Source of the DNA: an uncultured Chloroflexia bacterium
GTDB taxonomy: Bacteria; Chloroflexota; Limnocylindria; Limnocylindrales; CSP1-4
NCBI GenBank assembly: GCA_963712745.1
Contig: CAVQJC010000002.1
Coordinates: 128,001 to 192,000 of the forward strand
DNA: 64,000 nucleotides
Direction of reading: 5' to 3'
The translations under genes were made by a program, and so were the position numbers. The notes under the pieces are model-generated. The model was not told the origin of the DNA. It searched no databases and saw nothing but the letters and a program-made list of their open reading frames with translations. Positions 48,514 through 58,483 of the stretch are shown here, in pieces. The first letter of the stretch is position 1; every line of letters starts with the position of its first letter.

Positions 48514-50208
48514 TTGACCGTGGGCAACTACGTCATCGGCGTCGACTTCGGGACCGAGTCCGGCCGTGCTGTCGTCATCGACGCGGCCAACGGGCGCGAG
48601 CTCGGCAGCAGCGTCTACCCCTACGCCAACGGCGTCATCGATGAGACGCTGCCTGCGCCCGACGACGACGTACGGCTGGCGCCCGAGTGGGCGCTGCAGG
48701 ATCCCGAGGATTACCTGCGCACCTTCCAGCAGGCGGTCCCCGCGGCCATCTCCGAGGCCGGCGTGGAGGCTGCCGACGTCATCGGCGTGGGTATCGATTT
48801 CACCGCCTGCACGATGCTGCCGACCAAGGCAGACGGCACGCCGCTGGCCACGCTGCCCGAGTTCCGCCGCAACCCGCATGCCTGGGTGAAGCTGTGGAAA
48901 CACCACGCTGCCCAGCCGGAGGCGGACCTCATCAACGCCACCGCTCGCGACCGCGGCGAGGAGTGGCTGCCGCGCTACGGCGGCAAGATCTCATCGGAGT
49001 GGTTCTACTCCAAGGCATTGCAGATCCTCGATGAGGCTCCCGAGGTCTACGACGAAGCGGACCGGCTCATCGAGGCGGCCGACTGGGTCATCTGGCGCCT
49101 TACCGGGAACGAGACTCGCAACAGCTGCACGGCCGGCTACAAGGCCATCTGGTCGAAGGCTGACGGCTTCCCCGGTGAGGACTACTTCGCGGCGCTGGAT
49201 CCTCGCCTGTCGAGCATCGTCGACGACAAGATGGGCCGCGAGGTCACTTCCATCGGCGAGAAGGCCGGTGAGCTGACCGAGGAGGCCGCCTCGTGGACCG
49301 GCCTGCGCCCGGGGACCGCCGTGGCCGTGGCCAACGTGGACGCCCATGTCTCGGTGCCGGCCACGACCGTGACCGAGCCCGGCCGCATGGTCATGGTCAT
49401 GGGCACCAGCATCTGCCACATGGTGCTTGGTGAGAAGCAGGCCAACGTCGAGGGCATGTGCGGCGTGGTCGAGGACGGCATCCTGCCAGGGTTGTTCGGC
49501 TACGAGGCGGGTCAGTCCGGCGTGGGCGACATCTTCGCCTGGTTCGTGGACAACCTCGTGCCGGCCGAGTACTTCGAGCAGGCCGAGCGAGAGGGCATCG
49601 ACGTCCACGCCGTGCTCGAGCGCGAGGCGGCCGAGCTGACGCCGGGCCAGTCTGGGCTGGTCGCGCTGGACTGGATGAACGGCAACCGCTCGGTGCTGGT
49701 CGATGTCGACCTCTCCGGCCTCATCCTCGGGGCCACGCTTGCGACCAAGGCGCCGGAGGTCTACCGCGCGCTCATCGAGGCGACCGCCTTCGGCACACGC
49801 ACCATCATCGAATCGTTCGAGGCCTCCGGCGTGCCCATCAACGACGTCGTCGGCTGCGGTGGCCTGCCCGACAAGAACAAGCTGCTCATGCAGATCTATG
49901 CCGACGTGACGCGGCGCGAGTTCTCGGTGGCAGCCTCCTCGCAGACGCCGGCCCTGGGTAGCTCGATGTGGGCGGCCGTGGCGGCGGGTGCTGCCAACGG
50001 TGGCTATGACACCATCGAGGATGCGACCGCGGCCATGGCACAGCTGCGGGACGAGCACTACCTGCCCGATCCGGACGCTGCGGCCGTGTACGACGAGCTC
50101 TACGCCGAGTACAAGCTGCTTCACGACTACTTCGGTCGTGGTGCCAACGATGCCATGAAGCGCCTGCGCGCCATCCGCGATCGAGCCCTGGAGTCCGCCG
50201 CCCGCTGA
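48514..50208 (+). CDS. araB: L-ribulokinase
   Basis: [57 protein letters not shown]. Confidence 0.95.
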   Translation: MTVGNYVIGVDFGTESGRAVVIDAANGRELGSSVYPYANGVIDETLPAPDDDVRLAPEWALQDPEDYLRTFQQAVPAAISEAGVEAADVIGVGIDFTACTMLPTKADGTPLATLPEFRRNPHAWVKLWKHHAAQPEADLINATARDRGEEWLPRYGGKISSEWFYSKALQILDEAPEVYDEADRLIEAADWVIWRLTGNETRNSCTAGYKAIWSKADGFPGEDYFAALDPRLSSIVDDKMGREVTSIGEKAGELTEEAASWTGLRPGTAVAVANVDAHVSVPATTVTEPGRMVMVMGTSICHMVLGEKQANVEGMCGVVEDGILPGLFGYEAGQSGVGDIFAWFVDNLVPAEYFEQAEREGIDVHAVLEREAAELTPGQSGLVALDWMNGNRSVLVDVDLSGLILGATLATKAPEVYRALIEATAFGTRTIIESFEASGVPINDVVGCGGLPDKNKLLMQIYADVTRREFSVAASSQTPALGSSMWAAVAAGAANGGYDTIEDATAAMAQLRDEHYLPDPDAAAVYDELYAEYKLLHDYFGRGANDAMKRLRAIRDRALESAAR

Positions 50209-50223
50209 TGGGTGGTCGGCTGG

Positions 50224-50397
50224 CCCTGGCCGGCTGCAGCCAGCTAGAGCAGCGCGCGCCGGGCTTCACGAACGGCGACCCTGGCCGGCTGCAGCCAGGT
50301 AGAGCAGCGCGCGCCGGGCTTCACGAACGGCGACCCTGGCCGGCTGCAGCCAGGTAGAGCAGCGCGCGCCGGGCTTCACGAACGGCGACCCTGGCCG
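50224..50397. repeat. 55-bp tandem repeat, about 3 copies
   Basis: CCCTGGCCGGCTGCAGCCAGGTAGAGCAGCGCGCGCCGGGCTTCACGAACGGCGA at 50224, 50279, 50334. Confidence 0.95.
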
Positions 50398-50765
50398 TTC
50401 GCGCCGGATCTTCGCAATGGCTGAACGACCGTGAGGAGCCGACCGGCTCATGGGTCGCGAGACTCAGATTCGTGGGCGCGAGACCGTCGGGTGCGCTGCG
50501 ACTATGCCCTCTGGGCATGGTCCGCCCAGCAACCGGGCTCGGCGCCCGGTCCCGTCAGCTGGCCGGGCCTCACGAACGGCGACCCTGGCCGTTCGCGCCG
50601 GATCTTCGCAATGGCTGAACGACCGTGATCGAAATGGCCGGCTCATGGGTCGCGAGACTCAGATTCGTGGGCGCGAGACCGTCGGGTGCGCTGCGTCTAT
50701 GCCCTCTGGGCATCGTTGCGCCCGGCAACCGGGCTCGGCGCGCGGTCATGTCAGCTGGCCGGGCC
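50368..50765. repeat. ~194-bp tandem duplication x2 sharing its start with the 55-bp unit
   Basis: CCCTGGCCGTTCGCGCCGGATCTTCGCAATGG... at 50389 and 50583; GGTCGCGAGACTCAGATTCGTGGGCGCGAGACC occurs twice. Confidence 0.92.
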
Positions 50766-50912
50766 AGGTTCTTCAATGGTCGCGAAAAGGACGATCGTCG
50801 ACGTGCGGGCTGCTCGAGGCAGCGAGCCAGTTGGGAAGGCGAGCCGCCCGTGGAGCCTGCGGACGGGGCCCGGTTCGTCACCCCCCCTCCGCCTGCAGAC
50901 TGTGATGAGTTC

Positions 50913-52416
50913 CTAGACGGCACCGGCAAGATGCCAGTAGGCGTTGCTCCACTGCACTTCCTTGCGGAAGCGGCGAGCCGTCGTGTCAGCGTCGATGGCG
51001 ACCAGCTCGACCCCGACCATCTCGGCGAAGTCCTCGATGACCTCGAGACCGACCGCCTGCGAGTAGGCCGTGTGGTGCGGGCCGCCCGCCAACAGCCACG
51101 ACTCGGCCGCGGTGGTGAAGTCCGGCTCGCGGCACCCACAACGCACGGGCCACGGGCAGCGTCGGCAGGTCCGAGGGCGGGTCGATGGCGTCGATCTCGT
51201 TGGCCACCAAGCGCAGGCGCGTGCCCATGTCGACCAGGCCCACCACGACGCCCGGACCGGCGGCACCGCTGAACACGAGTCGCACCGGGTCCTCGCGTTC
51301 GCCCACGAAGAGGGGATGGATCTCGCATGCGGGCGTGGCGGCCGCGATGGTCGGACAGATCTCCAGCATGTGCGCCCCGAGCACGGCCGTCTGCGGTGCC
51401 CCGAAGTCGTAGGTGTAGTCCTCCATGAACGAGACGCCACCCTCGAGCCCTTCGCTCATGGCCTTGACGATGCGCACGAGCATCGACGACTTCCAGTCGC
51501 CCTCCGCGCCGAAGCCATAGCCGTCGGCCATGAGCCGCTGGGCCCCGATGCCCGGCAGCTGCTTCAGGCCGCCCAGGTCCTCGAAGGTGTCGACGAAGGC
51601 CATCGAACCGCGCTCGGTGAGGAAGGCCCGCAGGCCCAGCTCGATGCGGGCCGCATCACGCAGGGACTCGCGCCGGTCGCCTCCGGGGCGCAGCTCGGGC
51701 ACGACCTCGTAGCGCTCGTCGTACTCGGCGCAGAGTCGGTCGACCTCGGCATCGGCCACCTGGTCCACGACCGCGGCCAGCTCGTTGACCGGGTAGGTGT
51801 TGCAGGCGGCGCCGAAGCGGGCCTGCACCTCGACCTTGTCGCCGTCGGTGTCGGCCACCTCGCGCATGTTGTCGCCGAAGCGGATGACCCGCAGGTCGCG
51901 CGCCTCGTGGGCGCCGGCCGCCGCGCGCATCCAGGCGCCGACACGACGCTGCACGCCCGCCTCCTGCCAGTGGCCGGCCACGGTCTTGCGGGGCAGGCGC
52001 AGGCGCGACACGATGTAGGCGAACTCGCGGTCGCCATGGGCCGACTGGTTGAGGTTCATGAACTCCATGTCGATGGCGCCGTAGGGCAGGTCGGCGCCGT
52101 ACTGGGTATGCAGGTGCAGGAACGGCTTGGTCAACGCCTGCAGCCCCGCGATCCACATCTTGGCCGGGCTGAACGTGTGCATCCAGCCGATGACGCCGAT
52201 GCAGCTGTCGTCCGCGGAGGCATCGATGCAGGCGCGGCGGATGCCATCAGGCGTGGTCACGGTCGGCTTGTGGACGATCTCGACGGGGATGTCGGCCGAG
52301 GCGTTGAGCCCGGCCACCATCTCCTGTGATTGGGCGAGCACCTTGCCCAGGATGACCTCGCCGTAGAGGCCCTGACTACCGGTCAGGAACCAGATCTTGA
52401 GCCCCTCGAATGCCAT
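50913..52416 (-). CDS. araA: L-arabinose isomerase; frameshift at ~51130
   Basis: [63 protein letters not shown]. Confidence 0.95.
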
Positions 52417-52464
52417 CGGTCCTCGCCTCCACACGATTGCCCGGGCACGGCGTAGCCCGGGGGA

Positions 52465-52492
52465 TGCAATCGAGTGTATGCAAACGAATTCT
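52465..52492. promoter_or_regulatory. Putative LacI operators in the araA/araD divergent region
   Basis: TGCAATCGAGTGTA followed by TGCAAACGAATTCT; another half-site CGATTGC ending at 52440. Confidence 0.6.
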
Positions 52493-52519
52493 CGCGGTCA
52501 AACCGGTATCATGCGGACC

Positions 52520-53233
52520 ATGATCGACATGGCGCTCAGGGAACAGGTCGCGAGGGCCAACGCGGACCTGGTGAAGGCCGGCCTGGTGACCCTCTCGTTC
52601 GGCAACGTGAGTGGCGTGGACCGCGAGGCCAACGCCCTGGTCATCAAGCCCAGCGGCGTGGCCTGCGACAGGGTCCAGCCGGAGGACCTGGTGGTGGTCT
52701 CACTGGAGGATGGCCGCGTGCTCGAGGGCACGATGCGTCCATCGAGCGACACGCCCACGCACCTGCGCCTGTACCAGGCGTATCCCGACCTCGGCGGCGT
52801 GGTGCACACGCACTCGAGCTTCGCTGCTGCCTTCGCACAGGCGGGTCGCGACATCCCCGCGCTGGGCACTACCCACGCCGACCACTTCCGGGGAGCGGTC
52901 CCCACCTCGCGCCTGATGACCGAAGAGGAGATCGCGGGCGAGTACGAGCTTGAGACGGGCAACGTCATCATCGAGACCATCGACGGCCGCACTGACGATG
53001 CATTGCGCATGCCGGCCGTGCTGGTGCGTTCGCATGGCCCGTTCACCTGGGGCCGCGATGCCGACCAGGCCGTGGTCAACGCCATCGCCCTGGAGGCCGT
53101 GGCGGCCATGGCCCAGCGGACCCTCTCCATCGACCCCGCAGCACCGGCCATCCAGGAGGCGCTGTTGCGCCGGCACTTCGACCGCAAGCATGGTCCGGGT
53201 GCCTACTATGGACAGGCGGGGGACAAGCACTAG
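52520..53233 (+). CDS. araD: L-ribulose-5-phosphate 4-epimerase
   Basis: FGNVS, IKPSGV, PSSDTPTH, VHTHS, GTTHAD.F, YE.ETG, HGPF.WG, RKHG..AYYGQ. Confidence 0.96.
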   Translation: MIDMALREQVARANADLVKAGLVTLSFGNVSGVDREANALVIKPSGVACDRVQPEDLVVVSLEDGRVLEGTMRPSSDTPTHLRLYQAYPDLGGVVHTHSSFAAAFAQAGRDIPALGTTHADHFRGAVPTSRLMTEEEIAGEYELETGNVIIETIDGRTDDALRMPAVLVRSHGPFTWGRDADQAVVNAIALEAVAAMAQRTLSIDPAAPAIQEALLRRHFDRKHGPGAYYGQAGDKH

Positions 53234-53292
53234 CCCGCTACCGCGATGCTCGCGGATCCGACAGTCAGCGCGAACCCAGAGGAGGTCGACCG

Positions 53293-53601
53293 ATGTTCAT
53301 CGCGGCAGTCCATGTCTACGTCAAGCCTGACCTGGTCGACGAGTTCAAGGAGCAGATCCGAGCCAACCACGAAGCCTCCATCGCCGAGCCCGGCTGCCTG
53401 CGCTTCGACGTGGCCCAGTCGAAGGACGACCCCACGGAGTTCCTGCTCTGGGAGGTCTACGTCGACGAGGAGGCGAACCGGTTCCACAAGACGACGCCGC
53501 ACTACCTCGCCTTCAAGGAGCTGATGCCCCGGTTCATGTCCCGTGACCGGCACAGCGACCTGTACGAGGGCATCTACGTGGACTCGGACAAGCTCGGCTG
53601 A
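53293..53601 (+). CDS. ABM-family protein (LsrG-like)
   Basis: VKP..VDEF....ANH..S..EPGCLRFDV, F.L.EVY, HK.TPHY. Confidence 0.85.
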   Translation: MFIAAVHVYVKPDLVDEFKEQIRANHEASIAEPGCLRFDVAQSKDDPTEFLLWEVYVDEEANRFHKTTPHYLAFKELMPRFMSRDRHSDLYEGIYVDSDKLG

Positions 53602-54809
53602 TGCAGGGCACCGTGAAGTCGTTCAGCCTCGGCCGGCTGCCTCGCATCACCTTCGGCAGCGGCGTCTTCGGCCAGCTTCCGGCCATCGTCGCCGGCCACG
53701 GCTCGCGCGCTCTGCTGGTGACGGGCGGACGGTCGTTCGATGCGTCCGGCAGGCGCACAGAGCTGGAGTCCGGCCTGGCCGAGGCGGGGGTCACGCTGGT
53801 GGGTTCGACCGCCGTCAGCGGTGAGCCCAGCCCAGCCGACGTGGAGGGCCCGGTGGCAACCTACCGCGGAGAGGACGTCGACGTGGTCGTCGGCATCGGC
53901 GGCGGGGCCGCCCTCGACACGGCTAAGGCCATCGCCGGCCTGCTGCCGACCGAGACCGAGCTGCTGGACCACCTCGAGGGAGTGGGCCGCGGACTGCCCT
54001 ACCCCGGCCCGGCCCTGCCCGTGGTGGCGGTGCCGACGACCGCGGGGACCGGGTCGGAGGCGACGCGCAACGCCGTCATCAGCGAGCGCGGACCCAACGG
54101 CTACAAGCGCTCGTTCCGCGACGAATCGATGGTCCCTGCCGATGCCCTGGTCGACCCCGACCTGCTGGCGGGCGTACCACGCTCGCTCATCGCCGCCAAC
54201 GGCCTGGATGCGCTCACGCAACTGCTGGAGGCCTACACGTCGCAACGCTCCACGCCCTTCACCGACGCCCTCGCCCGCGATGGGCTGGCTGCCGCCCGTG
54301 ACGGGCTGCTGACCTGGCATCGCGACCCGGACGGCCCCGATGCAGCCAGGGCACGCAGCCAGATGGCCTACGCCGCGCTGCTCTCCGGCATCTGCCTGGC
54401 CAACGCCGGCCTCGGCGCGGTGCACGGTTTCGCCAGCCCGCTCGGAGCCCAGCTGCCCATCCCTCACGGCATGGCCTGTGGCGCGGTGCTGTGGCAGGTC
54501 ATCCGCGCCAACATCTTGGCGCTCACCGAGCGTGACCCGGACTCACCGGCCCTGCCCAAGTACGCCGAGGCCGGCCGCATCCTCGCCGACATGCCCTCGA
54601 CCATCCGCGACGGCGCCGCCCGCGTCCAGCTCGTGGATACGCTCCATGACTGGGTCAGGGCGCTGGAGGTGCCGCCGCTGTCGGCCTTCGAGATGACGGC
54701 CGGGCACATCCCTGCGGTGGTGGCGGACTCCCCCGGCAGCTCGATGCGCACGAACCCCATCGCCCTCACCGACGAAGAACTCAGCGCGATCCTGGAACAG
54801 GCGCTGTAG
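53601..54809 (+). CDS. Iron-containing alcohol dehydrogenase
   Basis: GGGAALD.AK, PTTAGTGSE.T, DALTQ..E, GAVHG, PHG. Confidence 0.93.
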   Translation: MQGTVKSFSLGRLPRITFGSGVFGQLPAIVAGHGSRALLVTGGRSFDASGRRTELESGLAEAGVTLVGSTAVSGEPSPADVEGPVATYRGEDVDVVVGIGGGAALDTAKAIAGLLPTETELLDHLEGVGRGLPYPGPALPVVAVPTTAGTGSEATRNAVISERGPNGYKRSFRDESMVPADALVDPDLLAGVPRSLIAANGLDALTQLLEAYTSQRSTPFTDALARDGLAAARDGLLTWHRDPDGPDAARARSQMAYAALLSGICLANAGLGAVHGFASPLGAQLPIPHGMACGAVLWQVIRANILALTERDPDSPALPKYAEAGRILADMPSTIRDGAARVQLVDTLHDWVRALEVPPLSAFEMTAGHIPAVVADSPGSSMRTNPIALTDEELSAILEQAL

Positions 54810-55253
54810 GCGATCCGCGGCCCCACCTAGCACGCCAACAAGACGCCGGTCGGGCGGAGGCGCAGGATTTGGCAAGTCGATGGTCAGGGGCGCATCGGAA
54901 CAAGTCGCCATTGCCCGGCGCGCGTATCGGCCGTACCGTTGCTCTTGCCGTCGTCCCTCGACGCTGGCACGGGCCCTGAAGGCGTCGACCACCGGGCTCG
55001 GAACGAATCGCGATCGGAAATCGGTCAACGTGGTGGCGCAAGCGACACCGTGCATCGTATGTCTGCTCCACACGACTCCGATCGCCGTCTCCGAGTCACG
55101 AGTCGAGTAACAGGTGTACCGGCTGGCTCCGGGCCTCGTCAGTGAAGGGGTCGCGGCGGCGAGGTCATCCATCCATCTTCGACCGGCCCGATGGGGCCGG
55201 TCACCGTCGGGTCGCCAGGTCGGCGGACAGGCCTAGCGGCTCGATGGCCGTGC

Positions 55254-55988
55254 CTAGGCCTCGGCCACGCGCTGACGGCGCTCCACTCCCCTGGCATCGA
55301 GATCGGCCGCGATGACCCGTGCTCGCATCACCAGGTCTCGGTCACGCGTGATGGTGGAAGCGATCCAATCGATGTAGGTCGGCTCCCGTTCGGCGACCTC
55401 GCCCAGCGTGAGGCCGTGGAAACGCCCGAATCCGAGCACGGTCTCGCGCGCGTCCTCAAGGCTGGGCAGGCGCGCCCCGGATGGGTCGACCCTTCGGTGC
55501 ACCGGGCCGTTGGGTGCGCTGGCTCGCAGGTCGGGCCCCTGTCGATACTCGCGCCAATCGACAGGAGGCTGCCCGGCGAGGGTCGTGTGTCGATGCTTGA
55601 GCCCGGTCCGGCGAACGGCGACGCTGTTGCGCGGCCTGAACGAGGCCGAGGTATCGAAGCGCGCGGTGACCGGCGGGCTCGGCGGGGGCGGCGGAGGGCC
55701 AACCTCGTAGTCGCCGGGCGCCCGGCCCTCCGCGTACCGCTCGCGGCGGGCGTGCGGGGTCGAGTCGTAGCGCGCCCGGCGGACCGGATCGCTGAGGACG
55801 TCGTAGGCCGCGTTGATGCGCGCCATCCTCGTTGTCAGGCGCTCACGCTCCTCGCTGTCGGCGCCGGCCCGGTCCGGATGGTGCTCGCGCGCGAGCTCCC
55901 GCCAACGGCGCTTGATGTCTTCGGCGGAAGCGTCGTGGCGCACATCGAGCACGCGGTAGGGATCGCCTCGGAAGGTCGGAGCAGACAC
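55254..55988 (-). CDS. J-domain protein with a small C-terminal FG.F.G..L.EV...YI.W domain
   Basis: DPYRVL, HHPD, INAAYDVLSDP.RRA.YD; C-terminal LGFGRFHGLTLGEVAEREPTYIDWI. Confidence 0.88.
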   Translation of the reverse strand: MSAPTFRGDPYRVLDVRHDASAEDIKRRWRELAREHHPDRAGADSEERERLTTRMARINAAYDVLSDPVRRARYDSTPHARRERYAEGRAPGDYEVGPPPPPPSPPVTARFDTSASFRPRNSVAVRRTGLKHRHTTLAGQPPVDWREYRQGPDLRASAPNGPVHRRVDPSGARLPSLEDARETVLGFGRFHGLTLGEVAEREPTYIDWIASTITRDRDLVMRARVIAADLDARGVERRQRVAEA

Positions 55989-56018
55989 GTAGTCGAGGCT
56001 ACCACGCAGCCCGCCCGG

Positions 56019-56114
56019 CACGGCCGGACGGCGCTGTGGGCACCTGTCCAGCACACGGCCGGCTGGCGTTTTGGGCACCTGTCCAGCACACGGCCGGCTG
56101 GCGTTGTGGGCACC
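56019..56114. repeat. 35-bp tandem repeat (~2.7 copies) in divergent intergenic region
   Basis: CACGGCCGGCTGGCGTT(T/G)TGGGCACCTGTCCAGCA units. Confidence 0.9.
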
Positions 56115-56138
56115 CGCCCGGCGGGGTATCGTCGCGGC

Positions 56139-57224
56139 ATGCGCCTGCCCCTGGAGCCGCCGATCGAACCGATGCTGGCGAAGCTCAGCGCCGCGCTGCC
56201 CCAGGGAGAGGGCTGGCTCTACGAGCCCAAGTGGGACGGCTTCCGGGCGCTGGTCTTCCGCGACGGCGAGGAGTTGCTCATCCAGAGCCGCGACCGCAAG
56301 CCCCTCGACCGCTACTTCCCCGAGCTGGCCCAGCCACTCCTGGCCAACCTGCCACCGCGCTGCGTGCTCGATGGCGAGATCGTCATCGCCCGCGAGGGAG
56401 CGCTCGATTTCGAGGCGCTGCTGCTGCGCATCCATCCGGCCGCCTCGCGCGTGGCCATGCTGGCCGAACAGTCGCCGGCCTCGTATGTCGCCTGGGACCT
56501 GCTGGCCATCGCGGACGAAGCGCTGCTCGACACCCCCCAGGCCGAGCGCCGGGTCCAGCTCGAGGACGCCCTGGCAGGGGCTCGAGCGCCCATTCACCTG
56601 ACGCCGCTGACGCGCGACCACGCGGTGGCGGCCGACTGGTTCGCCCGCTTCGAGGGCGCCGGCCTCGACGGCGTCATCGCCAAGGATGGGGCGGCCGTCT
56701 ATGAGCCCGGCAAGCGACGCATGCTCAAGATCAAGCACGCGCGCACGGCCGACTGCGTGGTGGCCGGGTTCCGCTGGCACAAGAACGGCAAGGACACCCA
56801 CGTCGGCTCCCTCATCCTCGGTCTCTTCGACGACGAGGGCGTGCTCCACCACGTGGGCGTGACCTCCTCGTTCAAGTGGGACCGGCGCGCGGAGCTCGTC
56901 GGAGAGCTGGCGCCGCTGCGTGACAACGCTCTCGAAGGGCATCCGTGGCAGGAGTGGGCGGCCTGGTCGGCCCAGGCGGAGGAACGCGGTCAGCGCATGC
57001 CTGGGGCAACGTCCCGCTGGAACCGGGGCAAGGACCTCTCGTGGGAGCCACTTCGTATCGAGCGCGTCGTCGAGGTCGCCTACGACCACTTGCAGGGCGA
57101 CCGGTTTCGCCACGCCACCACGTTCACACGCTGGCGACCGGACAAGGCGCCTGCAGATTGCCGCTACGCTCAGCTGGAGACCACGGCACCATATGAGCTT
57201 GGGGACATCTTCGTAGAGGAGTGA
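56139..57224 (+). CDS. ligC: ATP-dependent DNA ligase, LigC type
   Basis: PMLAK, EPKWDGFR, LDGEIV, DGVIAK, KIKH.RTADCVV, SRW....DLSW.PLR, RFRH....RWRPDK. Confidence 0.93.
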   Translation: MRLPLEPPIEPMLAKLSAALPQGEGWLYEPKWDGFRALVFRDGEELLIQSRDRKPLDRYFPELAQPLLANLPPRCVLDGEIVIAREGALDFEALLLRIHPAASRVAMLAEQSPASYVAWDLLAIADEALLDTPQAERRVQLEDALAGARAPIHLTPLTRDHAVAADWFARFEGAGLDGVIAKDGAAVYEPGKRRMLKIKHARTADCVVAGFRWHKNGKDTHVGSLILGLFDDEGVLHHVGVTSSFKWDRRAELVGELAPLRDNALEGHPWQEWAAWSAQAEERGQRMPGATSRWNRGKDLSWEPLRIERVVEVAYDHLQGDRFRHATTFTRWRPDKAPADCRYAQLETTAPYELGDIFVEE

Positions 57225-57290
57225 GGTCTCGCATATTCGTTATTCGTGAAGAGGCGGGTACACTTGCGCGTGCCTATAAGGGAGGAGCTC

Positions 57291-58415
57291 ATGGATCAGA
57301 ACAACCCGCGCGATGACGCGACGGGCGGCCAGCCTCCGGCAGAGCCGGGTGGCGATGCTGCGGCCTGGAACCAACCCCCGGCGCAGAACCAGCCCCAGCC
57401 GCCTGCAGGCGGTGACCAGGCTGCTGCCGAGTACGCGGCCTGGTCGGCCGATACCACGTATCAGCAGCAGCAGGCGCAGGCAGCGCAGCAGGGCGACACG
57501 CAGGCCTACGCCGCGCCTGAGCCGCAGTCGGCCACCTACAGCGACCAGCCGGCGGCGGCGCAGCAGTACCAGCAGCCTGGATATGACCAGCAGGCTGCCT
57601 ACGCCCAGCAGCAGCAGTATCAGCAGCCGCAGCAGCAGTATCAGCAGCCGCAGTACTACGACCAGAGCGCGTACGGCCAGCAGTATCAGCAGCCGCAGCA
57701 GCAGTATCAGCAGCCGCAGTACTACGACCAGAGCGCGTACGGCCAGCAGCCGCAGCAGCCGCAGCAGCCGCAGCAGCCGCAGTACTACGACCAGAGCGCG
57801 TACGGCCAGCAGCCGGGCTACTACGATCAGAGTGCATACGGGCAGCAGGGATATCCCCAGCAGCCGGCCCAGCCGTATGCCTACGCCCAGCCCGGCCAGG
57901 ACCAGTACTACGAGCAGGGCTCGACCGGCTACCGGCGCTCGTTCATCGCGGTGCTCGCCGCCTGGGTGATGCTCACCTGGGGCTTGGTCTTCAGCATGAT
58001 CGGCGCGCTGGTGCTGTGGTTCAGGTCCGTGACCGACCTCATCCCCGAGGGCGTCGTGCTCAGCGCGGACGTGTCAGATCTGGCCAACAAGGCCGACGAC
58101 CAGATCATGGCCGTCGGTGGGTTGGCTCTGCTCCTGGGCATCGTCCAGATCATCGGCGCGGTGGGCATCTTCGGTCACCGTCGCTGGGGTCGCGCGTTCG
58201 GCATCGTGCTCGGCCTGCTGGGCGTGCTGGCCGGGCTCGGCATCATCACCGTCTCGGCCGGGTTCGAGGCCCTGGATGTCGGACTCGAAGAGGCCATCAA
58301 GGGTGAAGAAGGCTCACTGGCCGCAAGCGCCCTCGTCCTCTTCAGCTACCTGCTCATCCTGCTGGCCATGTTCGTCGGCAAGCGCCACTTCAAGAAGAAG
58401 GGCGTGGACGACTAG
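57291..58415 (+). CDS. Membrane protein with N-terminal Gln/Tyr/Pro-rich low-complexity repeat domain and four C-terminal TM segments
   Basis: GGAGG RBS; QQPQYYDQSAYG-type repeats; hydrophobic C-terminus. Confidence 0.85.
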   Translation: MDQNNPRDDATGGQPPAEPGGDAAAWNQPPAQNQPQPPAGGDQAAAEYAAWSADTTYQQQQAQAAQQGDTQAYAAPEPQSATYSDQPAAAQQYQQPGYDQQAAYAQQQQYQQPQQQYQQPQYYDQSAYGQQYQQPQQQYQQPQYYDQSAYGQQPQQPQQPQQPQYYDQSAYGQQPGYYDQSAYGQQGYPQQPAQPYAYAQPGQDQYYEQGSTGYRRSFIAVLAAWVMLTWGLVFSMIGALVLWFRSVTDLIPEGVVLSADVSDLANKADDQIMAVGGLALLLGIVQIIGAVGIFGHRRWGRAFGIVLGLLGVLAGLGIITVSAGFEALDVGLEEAIKGEEGSLAASALVLFSYLLILLAMFVGKRHFKKKGVDD

Positions 58416-58439
58416 ACGACCGCCTCCCAAGGCACCAAC

Positions 58440-58474
58440 GAACGACCCTCGGGGCTCCTCCCCGGGGGTCGTTC
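58440..58474. terminator. Hairpin between convergent genes
   Basis: GAACGACCCTCGGGG-ctcct-CCCCGGGGGTCGTTC. Confidence 0.65.
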
Positions 58475-58483
58475 CTTGTCCGC

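Noticed and set aside
50224-50765. CRISPR array
   Set aside because: Units are head-to-tail with no unique spacers, lengths (55 and 194 bp) are atypical, and no cas genes are nearby
1921-52416. Programmed frameshifting or mass pseudogenisation of split genes (nitrilase, aroQ, dctM, ABC transporter, lacI, araA)
   Set aside because: No slippery sites, no in-frame nonsense decay and catalytic motifs intact; the pattern fits long-read indel errors
922-57113. Long antisense or alternative-frame ORFs (e.g. 922..2784-, 13658..14956-, 24625..25821-, 51070..52329+, and the N-terminal extensions of 39476..41254, 55191..57224 and 55254..57113)
   Set aside because: Shadow ORFs expected in high-GC DNA; they overlap well-supported genes and lack motifs
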